Positions 29,258 to 39,800 of a stretch of DNA of 64,000 nucleotides are shown one piece after another. The position numbers were made by a program, and so were the translations under genes. Source of the stretch: Candidatus Proelusimicrobium tauri (GTDB lineage: Bacteria; Elusimicrobiota; Elusimicrobia; Elusimicrobiales; Elusimicrobiaceae); contig DBYY01000006.1 of assembly GCA_002311025.1 (NCBI GenBank), forward strand, positions 6,112-70,111. Direction: 5' to 3'. Position 1 is the first letter of the stretch. Each line of letters begins with the position of its first letter. The notes beneath the pieces were generated by a model, which was given only the letters and a program-made list of their open reading frames with translations, was not told the DNA's origin and ran no database searches.

Positions 29258-29587
29258 TTACTTTAAATTTTTTAAAGCATCTTGATTGTTTTTGTGTATT
29301 TGGGCTACTGTTTTGCAAGTTTTTAAATCGGTACAATCGGCGCAGGTTTCAAAATTTTTACTTTTTACGCATTTGCGCACTTGGCAAAGGGAACTGCAGA
29401 AAAATGTTTTTGCACCTTCAGTTCTGCATCCTGTGCAGTTAATCATTTCCGGCGTTATGACGGCATTATTTAATTTACTCCACAATTTTGCGGTTTTTTC
29501 TCTTAATTTATTATCGTTATTAAGTGTTGCTTTATATGCGTCGCACTTTTCACAATCAAGTCCGCAACAGGCAATTAATTTTTTCAT
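29258..29587 (-). CDS. DUF3795 Cys-rich protein
   Basis: N-terminal CCGLDCEKCDAY plus further CxxC clusters. Confidence 0.7.
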   Translation of the reverse strand: MKKLIACCGLDCEKCDAYKATLNNDNKLREKTAKLWSKLNNAVITPEMINCTGCRTEGAKTFFCSSLCQVRKCVKSKNFETCADCTDLKTCKTVAQIHKNNQDALKNLK

Positions 29588-29592
29588 AAATT

Positions 29593-30201
29593 TTAATAAT
29601 TATCATTGGATGAAGTCATTTCTTTATGTATTTCTTTTAGTAAATCAAAAAGGTCTTTTGTGGTAATATCAAGTAAAAATGTCGAACCTAAAATAACAAA
29701 GTTCTTTGTTAGTTCGTAATCTCTAATAAGACCCTTTTTGTTAACTTGTTTTTTATGGTTTACAATATTTTGTATGGCTGAATCAATACATTGTAATACT
29801 ATATAAAAATGAGAGCCCTTGCCACTGTTTACTTCTTGCAGTTTTATATCCAAAATATCTTTCCATACAATAAGCACACAAGAGATATTTCTGCCAGAAA
29901 AAACGGGATTATCAAAAATTCCAAGATATTCTTTATTGATAGATAAAACCAGCGAACGTTGGTGTGGTAATAAAACAAGTCCCATTTTTAATGCTATACA
30001 TAGCAAAAAAAGACCGCCCAAACTGCCAAATATCATAGTAGGTGTGCTACTCTTAACACAACCCCAAGCGAAACTTGCAAGGGCAAATATCACGCACACA
30101 ACAACCATACCGGTAATTTTTTTCTTACTAACTGAAAAATCAATATTTTCGCCGTGTTTTATTTTTTCTTTAACACATGCTATATCCATTTTAGCATCCA
30201 C
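29593..30201 (-). CDS. Hypothetical 2-TM membrane protein
   Basis: Two TM helices followed by a soluble domain of about 110 aa. No family was recognised. Confidence 0.5.
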   Translation of the reverse strand: MDAKMDIACVKEKIKHGENIDFSVSKKKITGMVVVCVIFALASFAWGCVKSSTPTMIFGSLGGLFLLCIALKMGLVLLPHQRSLVLSINKEYLGIFDNPVFSGRNISCVLIVWKDILDIKLQEVNSGKGSHFYIVLQCIDSAIQNIVNHKKQVNKKGLIRDYELTKNFVILGSTFLLDITTKDLFDLLKEIHKEMTSSNDNY

Positions 30202-30308
30202 TTTTATATCCTATTTAGTTATATTATATATCATCTTTACTAAACCTGCTCTTAAAATAAAAAAGCCCGTTCTCATAAATAACGGGCTTTTCAATAGGAT
30301 AAGAGCAA

Positions 30309-30995
30309 CTAATCAAAAGTAAATTCCACGCTGCCGTCTTTATTAACTTTTTGGGTATTTGCGCTGGTATTGCTACCCTTTTGCGTAGCAATTAAATCTT
30401 TTGTATCAATTTCGGCAAACATACCTTTGTCAAGAATATCAAGTTGTCCTGTTCTGCCGGATAATTCCACTTCTGCGCGGTCTAAAGAAGAAACACTAAT
30501 TTTGTTTGCTTCAATATAATCAATATCTACGGAAGAACTTCCCTTTGCATCAATTTTTACTTGCCCGATATTAACATTTTTCAAAGAAACTTCTCCGTTT
30601 TTGCGTGTTTTAATTGTTAAATCTTGCCCTTGAAGGTAAGTTTGATTTTTAAAATCAGCCTCGCCGGAAACGACAATTCTGTTTAAAGCAGGGGCATTAA
30701 CATGAACTGCCACATCATCGTCATCTCCTGTAAAAAACGGCTGATTATATTCAATAAGAAGAGTATTTTCTTTTACTTTAATTTTAATGGCTTTTACCAG
30801 TTTAGCAGGTCCGCTTACTGTAAAAGAATATCCTTCTCCCTGTGAGAAAAAAACATTAACATCACCGCCATTTACTTCAATAGCGGAAAAAGCGGGTGCA
30901 TTAGGCACTTCGCGTGTTTTATATTCTTGTGCCAAAGCGGGAACGATACTTCCAAGCATGGCAATTATTGTTAGCATTTTAATTATTTTTTTCAT
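30309..30995 (-). CDS. Secreted DUF2807 / GIN-domain-like beta-helix protein
   Basis: Signal peptide ALA|QEY and repeated short beta units (…VNVFFSQGEGYSFTVSG…, …VSLKNVNIGQVKIDAKG…). The family call is tentative. Confidence 0.55.
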   Translation of the reverse strand: MKKIIKMLTIIAMLGSIVPALAQEYKTREVPNAPAFSAIEVNGGDVNVFFSQGEGYSFTVSGPAKLVKAIKIKVKENTLLIEYNQPFFTGDDDDVAVHVNAPALNRIVVSGEADFKNQTYLQGQDLTIKTRKNGEVSLKNVNIGQVKIDAKGSSSVDIDYIEANKISVSSLDRAEVELSGRTGQLDILDKGMFAEIDTKDLIATQKGSNTSANTQKVNKDGSVEFTFD

Positions 30996-31079
30996 ATTTA
31001 ATCTCCTTAAATAAATTATAACAAAAACAAATTATTCTTTTGTTATCTTAAAAGTTGTAAAATAAATATAGAGGTGCTT

Positions 31080-32531
31080 ATGATTAGTTTTTTTGTGTGT
31101 CTTGGATTATTAATCCTGTCTTTTTTTACTTACGGCAAATATGTCGAGCGCGTTTTTGGCCCGACAAAAGACAAAACACCCGCTATTCGCTTTAATAACG
31201 GTGTAGATTATGTGCCTATGCCGCTTTGGCGTATGGTGCTGGTGCAACTTTTAAACATAGCAGGGCTTGGCCCTGTGTTCGGTGCTATTGCCGGCTCTTT
31301 ATGGGGGCCGAGCGTGTTTTTATGGATTACCCTAGGCACTATTTTTGCCGGTGCGGTACATGATTTTTCTTGCGGTTTCTTGTCTCTTCGTAATGATGGC
31401 CAATCAATTTCCGAAATTACGGGTATTTATTTAGGTCCGCGCGTTAGAAATTTTATGCGTGTTTTTAGTGTGATTTTGCTTGTTATGGTGGGTACGGTTT
31501 TTGCTGTCGGTCCTGCAAATTTACTTGTATTTTTATTTAAAGGCCATGTTGCACAAGGAACCCTTTTAACAAATAGTTATTTTTGGCTTGCTTTGATTTT
31601 TCTTTATTATTTTCTAGCAACTTTTCTTCCCATTGATAAGATAATAGGGCGCGTTTATCCTTTCTTTGGTATTTGTTTAATTGTTATGGCTCTTGGCGTA
31701 ACGGGGGGGATGTTTGCGCAAGGTTATCAAATTCCAGAAATTAATTTACAAAATCTTCACCCTAACCATTTACCTGTTTGGCCGCTTATGTTTATAACGG
31801 TGGCGTGCGGTGCAATATCAGGCTTTCACGCAACGCAATCACCGCTTATGGCGCGTTGTATAACAAGCGAATATCAATCGCGTCAGGTCTTTTACGGTGC
31901 AATGGTTATGGAAGGCATTATTGCTCTTATCTGGGCGGCAGCAGGTTGCGCCATTTATGCTAGAACGGGCGGTCTTATGACCGGCTTACAGGAAATGCTA
32001 AAAAACAGCGGTCAAGCCGGAGTTGTTTATGATATTTGCTTAAAGACAATCGGCCCTTTAAAAATTGGAACAATTTCTTTTGGCCTTCTATTTGTAATGA
32101 TTGGCGTAATTATCTGCCCTATTACTTCGGGCGATACGGCTTTTCGCGCTTCGCGCCTTGTACTTGCCGATTGGTTTAAAGTGGACCAAAAACCTTTTTT
32201 GAAACGCTTATGTTTGAGCGTGCCTCTTTTGCTCGCGGGCGTGATTATCAGCCAACGTCCCTATGATATTATTTGGCGTTATTTTAGTTGGTCTAACCAA
32301 ACATTGGCTATGATAGTTTTGTGGGCCGCCACCGTTTATTTGTATAGCAAAAAGAGAAATTATTATCTTACTCTTATTCCGGCTATCTTTATGACGGCAG
32401 TAAGTGCCACTTATTTCTTAATCGCACCTGAATGTTTGCATTTGCCGGCCAAAATTGCCTGGCCTTCAGGTCTTGTCTGTGCCGGTATAATTTCCTCCTA
32501 CTTCATTGCTAAAATGAAAAAAGGTAAATAA
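31080..32531 (+). CDS. cstA: CstA-family (carbon starvation / pyruvate-peptide) transporter
   Basis: gagg RBS and ATG 31080. The protein is polytopic, with the N-terminus FFTYGKYVERVFGP and motifs LNIAGLGPVFGAIAG and ISGFHATQSP. Confidence 0.8.
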   Translation: MISFFVCLGLLILSFFTYGKYVERVFGPTKDKTPAIRFNNGVDYVPMPLWRMVLVQLLNIAGLGPVFGAIAGSLWGPSVFLWITLGTIFAGAVHDFSCGFLSLRNDGQSISEITGIYLGPRVRNFMRVFSVILLVMVGTVFAVGPANLLVFLFKGHVAQGTLLTNSYFWLALIFLYYFLATFLPIDKIIGRVYPFFGICLIVMALGVTGGMFAQGYQIPEINLQNLHPNHLPVWPLMFITVACGAISGFHATQSPLMARCITSEYQSRQVFYGAMVMEGIIALIWAAAGCAIYARTGGLMTGLQEMLKNSGQAGVVYDICLKTIGPLKIGTISFGLLFVMIGVIICPITSGDTAFRASRLVLADWFKVDQKPFLKRLCLSVPLLLAGVIISQRPYDIIWRYFSWSNQTLAMIVLWAATVYLYSKKRNYYLTLIPAIFMTAVSATYFLIAPECLHLPAKIAWPSGLVCAGIISSYFIAKMKKGK

Positions 32532-32553
32532 AAACGACCGGCTATAGTCTCTT

Positions 32554-32865
32554 TTATTTTTGTAAATGTCTTCTTGAAATTTCTTTTAAATTTTCATCAA
32601 AAGAAATTACATTGCCACCGCGTTCAAAATTGATTGTTGTGGAAATACTTCTAAAATCGCCAACAGTAGATTTATGCTTTTCCGTTATTTTGCGGAATTT
32701 CTCGTCATATATTGCATAATAATCTCCGCGCATAAAGACCATATATTCTGAATTAAAACCCTTTAAATCCCCTACAACAGAAGTATGTTTGTCTGCTATT
32801 TTTCTTCCGTTTTCGTCGAAAACTTTATAATAATTACTTTGTAATTCAATATCTGATATAGCCAT
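32554..32865 (-). CDS. Hypothetical protein made of ~37-aa internal repeats
   Basis: Strong aaggagg RBS. The units are YYKVFDENGRKIADKHTSVVGDLKGF… / YYAIYDEKFRKITEKHKSTVGDFRSI… / VISFDENLKEISRRH. Confidence 0.6.
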   Translation of the reverse strand: MAISDIELQSNYYKVFDENGRKIADKHTSVVGDLKGFNSEYMVFMRGDYYAIYDEKFRKITEKHKSTVGDFRSISTTINFERGGNVISFDENLKEISRRHLQK

Positions 32866-32970
32866 AGAACCTCCTTTTTGTGCCTACCAAATTATACCTT
32901 AAAATATAGATATTTGTATAATTTTTATGAATTGTTGAAAAAACTTAATATAAACTAAAATAAAAACTTC

Positions 32971-32998
32971 TTGACAACCTTTTTAAAAATAATATAAA
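32971..32998 (+). promoter_or_regulatory. Candidate sigma70 promoter
   Basis: TTGACA, a 16-nt spacer, then TATAAA, upstream of 33106. Confidence 0.35.
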
Positions 32999-33105
32999 TT
33001 ATTTATATAAACTTATTTTAAAAATACAAAATAAAAGTATTATACCGATAGGATATTCACAAGGTATACTGCTTTTATAAATAATAATAGTGGGGTAATT
33101 ATTAT

Positions 33106-33432
33106 ATGTTAGATATTAGTGATGTTTTGGCATCTTTAGATATTTGTATGCCAAAAAGGGAAGACCGCTTTTGTGTTTCCAGCGAAGATGACGGTAAAGG
33201 TTGCGTGGTTGTGCATAAAAATTATATATACAATCCAAAACGCAAATCCCGTCCTATGAAAATTCCCGTAAGATATTTTTTAGCAACAGCGATAAATTTT
33301 GTTGACGGTATTTACGAGGCGCATTATTTACCGCCCGAAAAGAAGGAAAATCCTCAAGTTTACAAACGCCGTTTCAAGCGTTTAAAAAAGTATTTAAAAG
33401 ATTATCCTATGGAAGAAAATATCTTTTCTTAA
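33106..33432 (+). CDS. Hypothetical protein
   Basis: 108-aa ORF with a basic C-terminal half. No family was recognised. Confidence 0.45.
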   Translation: MLDISDVLASLDICMPKREDRFCVSSEDDGKGCVVVHKNYIYNPKRKSRPMKIPVRYFLATAINFVDGIYEAHYLPPEKKENPQVYKRRFKRLKKYLKDYPMEENIFS

Positions 33433-33459
33433 AAACTTTTTAACCTATTTATTGGATAT

Positions 33460-34974
33460 TTATTTTTCGGAATTTTCTTTGTGAAATTCTTTGGCTTTTT
33501 TGCCGACTAAAGCGTGCAAGTTCCTTTGTGTCGTTTTATAAATTATTTTTCTAAAACGCCACAAAGCCCATATATTGGGAACAGTCATCATTGTCATAGT
33601 ACAAACGACAAGAGCCCACATAAAGCGAGTGGACATATTGGCCTGTGCCGTGCGTAAAACCGACTGTTCTATAAATAAATCGGTAGAGAAACTTGTGCCG
33701 ATAATGCCACCTATAAATACCAGTATTACAAATAATATTCTTGATGGTTTTATCAAGATATTAGAACCTTTGCATAAAAATTGAAGGGCTTTTTCCATAT
33801 AATATCCCCAACCGATAATGGTGGTAAACGAGAATATAACCAAAGAAAATACCAAAATCGGCGTGCCGATATAAGGAACGGTTTTAAAAGCACTGTTACA
33901 CAAGTTTGCGGCATAAACATTCGGGTTTGTATAATCACCCGCCAAAACAATTACGATACCTGTTAAACTGCAAATAAAAATAGTCCAAAAAACGGAAGTC
34001 GCAGAAATAATGGCCATTTGTGTTGCGCTACGTGTGCGCGCAGCGGCTGCTGCAATAGAAGCACTTCCCAAACCTGCTTCAGTTGCCATTACCGCACGGG
34101 TTACCCCTGCCGTAATGCCTGGAATCATGGCCCGTATTAAAGCAATAATACCTATTCCCATAGCACCGCCCACAACTGCTTTACCTGTAAAAGCACCTTT
34201 TATAACCGTCAAAATAGCAGAAGGAATACTAGCAAAATTCATAAAAATAACAACTATGGTAATAAATAAGTAAAGAGTACCCATAATAGGTACTAACCAT
34301 TCGGAATAAGAAGCAATACGCTTTACTCCGCCTAAAATAACAACCGCAGAACAAAAAGTTACAAATAAAGAAGAATACCAAGGATTAAGGTTGTATCCTT
34401 CCCGCAAAGCATCGGCAATGGAGTTTGTTTGTAAAGAACTTCCGCCGGTAAGTCCCATTAATAAGGTCCCTAAAGCAAAAATAATACCGAGCCATTTTAC
34501 TTTTAAAATATTGGAAAGATAGTACATCGGTCCGCCGACATACTCTGCATTGTTTAGACGAACTCTGTATTTAAAAGCAATTAAACATTCACTATACTTA
34601 ATAGCAAAATTGAAAAATCCCGCTATCACCATCCAAAATAAAGCACCGGGACCACCTTCGGCGACGGCTGTTGTTACACCGATAATACTGCCTGTGCCGA
34701 CGGTCGCGCCTATCATCATAGCAAGCGAACCGAAACTGCTCACCATACCTTCCGCTTCGGCTTTGGATAAAGAAAGTTTCATGGCAGACCACGTATATTT
34801 TTGGATAAAACGTAATTTAATCGTAAAGTAAATACCCAAAGATAATAAGAGGAAAATCATCGGAGGTCCCCAAATAAGGGCATTAAAAAGATTCATTACA
34901 TCATAAAAACTCTGTAAAGAAGGGTTAGAAAAAAGGCGCCCGCAGGCGTCTATTAATTGTAAAAAAATATTCAT
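33460..34974 (-). CDS. Alanine/glycine:cation symporter (AGCS) family
   Basis: GGPGALFWMVIAGFF and a profile of about 11 TM helices. Confidence 0.85.
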   Translation of the reverse strand: MNIFLQLIDACGRLFSNPSLQSFYDVMNLFNALIWGPPMIFLLLSLGIYFTIKLRFIQKYTWSAMKLSLSKAEAEGMVSSFGSLAMMIGATVGTGSIIGVTTAVAEGGPGALFWMVIAGFFNFAIKYSECLIAFKYRVRLNNAEYVGGPMYYLSNILKVKWLGIIFALGTLLMGLTGGSSLQTNSIADALREGYNLNPWYSSLFVTFCSAVVILGGVKRIASYSEWLVPIMGTLYLFITIVVIFMNFASIPSAILTVIKGAFTGKAVVGGAMGIGIIALIRAMIPGITAGVTRAVMATEAGLGSASIAAAAARTRSATQMAIISATSVFWTIFICSLTGIVIVLAGDYTNPNVYAANLCNSAFKTVPYIGTPILVFSLVIFSFTTIIGWGYYMEKALQFLCKGSNILIKPSRILFVILVFIGGIIGTSFSTDLFIEQSVLRTAQANMSTRFMWALVVCTMTMMTVPNIWALWRFRKIIYKTTQRNLHALVGKKAKEFHKENSEK

Positions 34975-35095
34975 GAAAATTTATATCTTCTCCTAAAAAG
35001 TATAAATACTATTCTACTATTTTTTGAGAAATTAGGTATAGATATGCCTTTATCTTTTTTGTCTTATACCTCGCCAAAAGTATGTAAGTTAGGCA

Positions 35096-35749
35096 CTATT
35101 TAATTGATTTTTTGATTTCTTGTTTTACTTTGTTTAGGTCACTACAAGAAAGAAGGGGAATAAGCGCATCAATTTCTTCGATACTTTTATCCCACCATTT
35201 TAGTTTTAGAAGTAAATCAATTAGTTCATCGTCAAAGCGTTTGCGGATAATTTTTGCCGGGTTTCCGGCTACTATTGTATAAGGTGGGACATCCCTTGCA
35301 ACCACACTGTTTAGTCCGATTATTGCGCCATCGCCGATATGTACTCCGGGCAAAATAGTGGTGTTTTGACCTATCCAAACATCATTACCTACAACAGTAT
35401 CACCTTTTAAGGGTAATTCTTTTGCTACGGGGGCTAAAGCATTGCCCCAATCTCCACCCATAATATAAAAGGGATAAGTGCTTGCACAGTTCATTCTATG
35501 ATTAGCGCCGTTCATAACAAACTCAACCCCTTTTGCAATTTGGCAAAATTTACCTATAATAAGTTTATCGCCGATAAAGTTATAATGATGGGTTACATGT
35601 TTTTCAAATTGCTCTGCGCCGTTTACATCGTCGTAATAAGTAAAATCTCCAACAATAATGTTAGGATTCTTTATTACATTTTTAATGTAGCAAAGACTTG
35701 GGATTTTCTCATTTGGAAAAATTTTATTTGGATCAGGTATCTTTTTCAT
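35096..35749 (-). CDS. vat: Vat-type xenobiotic (streptogramin A) O-acetyltransferase, hexapeptide-repeat
   Basis: The sequence is collinear by eye with VatD: PDPNKIFP…VGDFTYYDD…HHY…DKLIIGKFCQIA.GV.FVMNGANHRMN..STYPF…GDTVVGNDVWIG…GNPAKIIRKRFDDE…LKWWD. Confidence 0.8.
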   Translation of the reverse strand: MKKIPDPNKIFPNEKIPSLCYIKNVIKNPNIIVGDFTYYDDVNGAEQFEKHVTHHYNFIGDKLIIGKFCQIAKGVEFVMNGANHRMNCASTYPFYIMGGDWGNALAPVAKELPLKGDTVVGNDVWIGQNTTILPGVHIGDGAIIGLNSVVARDVPPYTIVAGNPAKIIRKRFDDELIDLLLKLKWWDKSIEEIDALIPLLSCSDLNKVKQEIKKSIK

Positions 35750-35871
35750 ACTTTTATTATAGAACATTAAGCATAAAATTTAAACTCTCTGCCAAAACCT
35801 TATTAAATTGATAAAATATAAGTGTAACAATGTTGCGTGGCTTACAAAGCGCGCAAAAACTAGGAGAATAT

Positions 35872-36549
35872 ATGAAAAAATATACTGCCGAATTATTAGG
35901 CACTTTTGTTTTGACCCTCTTTGGTTGCGGTTCCGCAGCCATTGCAGGTGCAACGCTTGGCACTTTAGGTATTGCTTTTGCGTTTGGTTTATCTATTGTA
36001 GCGATGGCTTATGCTATTGGCAACATTTCCGGCTGCCATATTAACCCGGCTGTTTCACTTGGCGTATGGATGAGCGGAAAAATGACCGCCAAAGACTTTT
36101 TTGGCTATGTTCTTGCACAATGTGCTGGTGCTTTACTTGCTGCCCTTGTTCTGGCCGCTATTATCAATATGACCGATTTAGGTGGTATTGCTGCAACCGG
36201 TTTAGGTGCTAACGGATATGGCGTTGCCTCCTCTGTTGGTTTAACTGCCTGCGGTGCTTTAATTGTTGAAATCATTTTAACTTGTGTTTTTGTGCTTACC
36301 ATTTTGGGCGTAACCTCTGGCGAAAAAACATCGGCCATTGCAGGTTTGGTTATCGGTTTAACTTTGACTTTTGTGCATATTATGGGTATTCCTTTAACAG
36401 GCACTTCCGTTAACCCTGCCCGCAGTTTTGGCCCAGCCTTAGTTTTAGGCGGACAAGCCCTTTGCCAATTATGGGTATTTGTGTTTGGTCCGTTTATAGG
36501 TGCTGCTTTAGCGGCATTAATTTATAAAGGTTTTAACAAAGCCAAATAA
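35872..36549 (+). CDS. aqpZ: Aquaporin (MIP family)
   Basis: aggaga RBS and two NPA boxes (HINPAVS, SVNPARS). Confidence 0.9.
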   Translation: MKKYTAELLGTFVLTLFGCGSAAIAGATLGTLGIAFAFGLSIVAMAYAIGNISGCHINPAVSLGVWMSGKMTAKDFFGYVLAQCAGALLAALVLAAIINMTDLGGIAATGLGANGYGVASSVGLTACGALIVEIILTCVFVLTILGVTSGEKTSAIAGLVIGLTLTFVHIMGIPLTGTSVNPARSFGPALVLGGQALCQLWVFVFGPFIGAALAALIYKGFNKAK

Positions 36550-36566
36550 AGAACTTTAAGCAATCA

Positions 36567-36599
36567 AAACACAAACCCCCGTAAGGGGGTTTTGTTTTT
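36567..36599 (+). terminator. Rho-independent terminator
   Basis: aaaacacaaaccccc-gtaa-gggggttttgtttt. Confidence 0.85.
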
Positions 36600-36779
36600 A
36601 TGTAAATATCGGTTCTGATATGGCAAAGATATTAGGGGGAGCATCTTTTTGGAATGATAAGTATTTGCTTTTTTATGTTCACACAATGGTAGGGAATATT
36701 ATATAATATATATAATTCTAAACACTTAAGTAAAGGGGACTTACAGTGTATTTATAGGTAAAAAATGAAAACAGATTTG

Positions 36780-36805
36780 AAAAAAATATAAAAAAAATTA
36801 AAAAA
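36780..36805 (+). repeat. A7 / A8 / A6 homopolymer tracts in the 5' end of the autotransporter gene
   Basis: ATG 36765 reads MKTDLKKI*. The main frame upstream of 36851 encodes …KKIKKLLVVIITLQSFCCYSMNIALA|SE but has no start codon. Adding one A in 36780-36786 joins the two. Confidence 0.8.
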
Positions 36806-36850
36806 TTATTAGTTGTAATAATAACTCTACAATCATTTTGTTGTTACAGT

Positions 36851-39800
36851 ATGAATATTGCGCTAGCGTCGGAATATCCTTCGCTTATAGACGCAATACA
36901 AGCATCAACTACTCCTAGGACATATACCCTTGATGCAAACGAAACATCCCCAACTGTCTTGGGAGATATTACCGGTTGGAATTCTGTTCTTACCATAGAT
37001 GGCGGTACCGGAAATTACGGAATAAATAATACTTCAACGGCAAATGACGTAAGACTGTTCGTAAACAAAAACCAAACCGTTTACTTGCAAAATCTTGGAA
37101 CTTATACTACAACCACTTCGGATACTATTGTCGACGGTGTAAGTATCATTACAAGCGTTAGTGTAGGAAATTCTGTAAATAATTTCGGGAAAAATAGTGA
37201 CAGGGTAGGATTCCTTAGGTCTGCAGGAACTTCACACATTTCTAATTCTGTTTTTTATAATAACCGTGCTAAATTCGGCGGGTCATTACAAAACAGAGAA
37301 AATGGGACAATGTCTATTACAAATTCCGTTTTTGTAGAGAATACTTCTCCACAGGGTGCAGTTCATAATGATGGCGCAAATAAAATAACTCAAATATCAG
37401 GTTCTATATTTTATAATAATACGGCAATCACCCAGACTACCGGAGATACTGACTTGATTAATCGCAGTGGTAGTGCTATTTTCAATAAACCGAATAGGAC
37501 AATAGACCTTATTTCCGGTTCTCAATTTGTCAGTAACAATACAGTTTCTAATGCTACCGGTCAACAAACCGGGACGATATATAATGGTGGCACAATTACC
37601 GAGATATCAGATTCTGTATTTTATAACAATACCAATCAAAGAGGATCTGCCATAAATAATATAAGTGGCAGCACAATAAATACTATATCAGGTACAACAT
37701 TTGTCCAAAATACCACATCTAACGGATCGGGTGCAGCAATATTAAATGCAATCGGGTCAACCATAGACACAATAACAGGTTCTAATTTCGATTCTAACAC
37801 GGTAACATCTAACGGCGGTGCAATATATAATGAAGGGGAGATAAACACATTATCAGGTTCTTTTAAAGCTAACAGTGCTGACTCAAACGGCGGTGCAATT
37901 TATAATGAAGGCACAATAACTGATTTAGGTGGTACATACATATCTAACAGTGCAGTGTTTGGCGGTGCTTTATATAATGACGGAACAATAACCAACGCGA
38001 TAGATGCCACCTTCGGCGGTGATAATGGGACCGACGGTAACAGCGCAGACTTGGGTGGTGCAATCTATAATGCGGAAGGCAAAACCTTATCTGTTGCTTC
38101 AACATCAATATTTAAAAACAACACAGCAGCATTTGATGGCGGTGCAATAAACAACTCAGGTACGATAAATGCATTAGCGGGTACTTATACATCTAACAGT
38201 GCTGACTCAAACGGTGGTGCAATTTATAACTCAGGTACAATAAATAACTTTTTAGGGGTTTACACTTCAAACACGGCTACGACAAACGGCGGCGCTTTAT
38301 ATAATGACGGAACAATAACTAACGCAATAAATGCCACCTTCGGCGGTGATAATATAGCCGATGGTAACAGCGCAGACTTGGGTGGTGCGATTTATAATGC
38401 ATCAGGCAAAACCTTATCTGTTGCTTCAACATCAATATTTAAAAATAATGCAGCAACTGACGGCGGTGCAATTTATAATGAAGGTACGATAAATGCATTA
38501 GCGGGTACATATACATCTAATAGAGCAAACTCAAACGGCGGTGCAATTTATAACACAGGAACAATAAGCAACCTTTCAGGAACTTTCACTTCAAACACGG
38601 CTACAACAAACGGTGGCGCAATATATAACACAGGAACTGTAACAATAACTTCATCCGAGGGCGCAGATACAACATTTTCCGGTAACATTGTAAGTGGGTT
38701 TTCAAACGCATTGTATAATACAGGGACCGTCAACATGAATGCAGGTATGGAGAGTTCAATCGTTTTTAATGATCAAATAACAGGTTTCAACGGTACAATC
38801 AATATCGGTGGTGAAGGTGTAGTTGAATTTAATAGAAACGTAACAGGAAACAGTGTTGCATTAAATTCAGGCACACTAAAGTTAGGCTCAGTAAACAGTA
38901 TAAAAGATGCAACCACATTTACAGCAAACGGTGGTACATTAGATTTGCGTAACGGCGGAGTTCATAATTATCAGTTAGGTCAAAACACAATAATTAATGA
39001 TACGGTAGATTTGGCAATAGATGTCAATTTGTCAGGCACAACCCCTGTTGCCGATATGATTACAGCAGCCGGTACAGTTAGCGGAACAGGTAGTTTTGTA
39101 TTTTCATCAGCAAATATCAATATAATGAGTTATGCCGATGAAAAAATACCTTTATGGGTACAAGTAACAGATGAAAACTTAAGAAATTATGCAGGTTTGG
39201 GTACCAATGCAAATATACATATAACAGGCAGTGAACCTGAGAGTTACTTTATAACTTACGAAACAACACACGATAGTGTAAATGCGGGTTTCCTTAAGTT
39301 TGAACACGACACATTGTGGAATGCGATAGCCTCAACGGTGGCAGAGAAAGCCTACACAATGGGCAGTGATGAAGATTTAACAAGCACACCGGCATTAGGC
39401 GGAACAAGTTTAACGATAAACGGAAATGAGGCAGGACATTCTATAACAGGAGATACCGGCACAGGTATAGTGGTGGGTGATACTCAAACCTTATCATTAA
39501 ACAATATAGGTGTAGATAATGAAGGGAATGTAAGCGGAGCGGGTTTAAATAATTTTGATACAGCAATAACAGTTGCCGCAAACGGAACAGTCAATATCTA
39601 TAATACGAAGTTCAGCGGAAATAGTACTGATATAGATAATGATGGAATAGTTAATATGTCCGGAAATGTTATATTTGATAATGCCGAAGGGGAAGGCACA
39701 ATAAATATAACCAAAGACAGTGAAGGAAATGCTTCTACAATAACAGTAAATAACAGTTTAGAACAAGATAATATAAATGTAGAAAGCGAAAATAGTTTAA

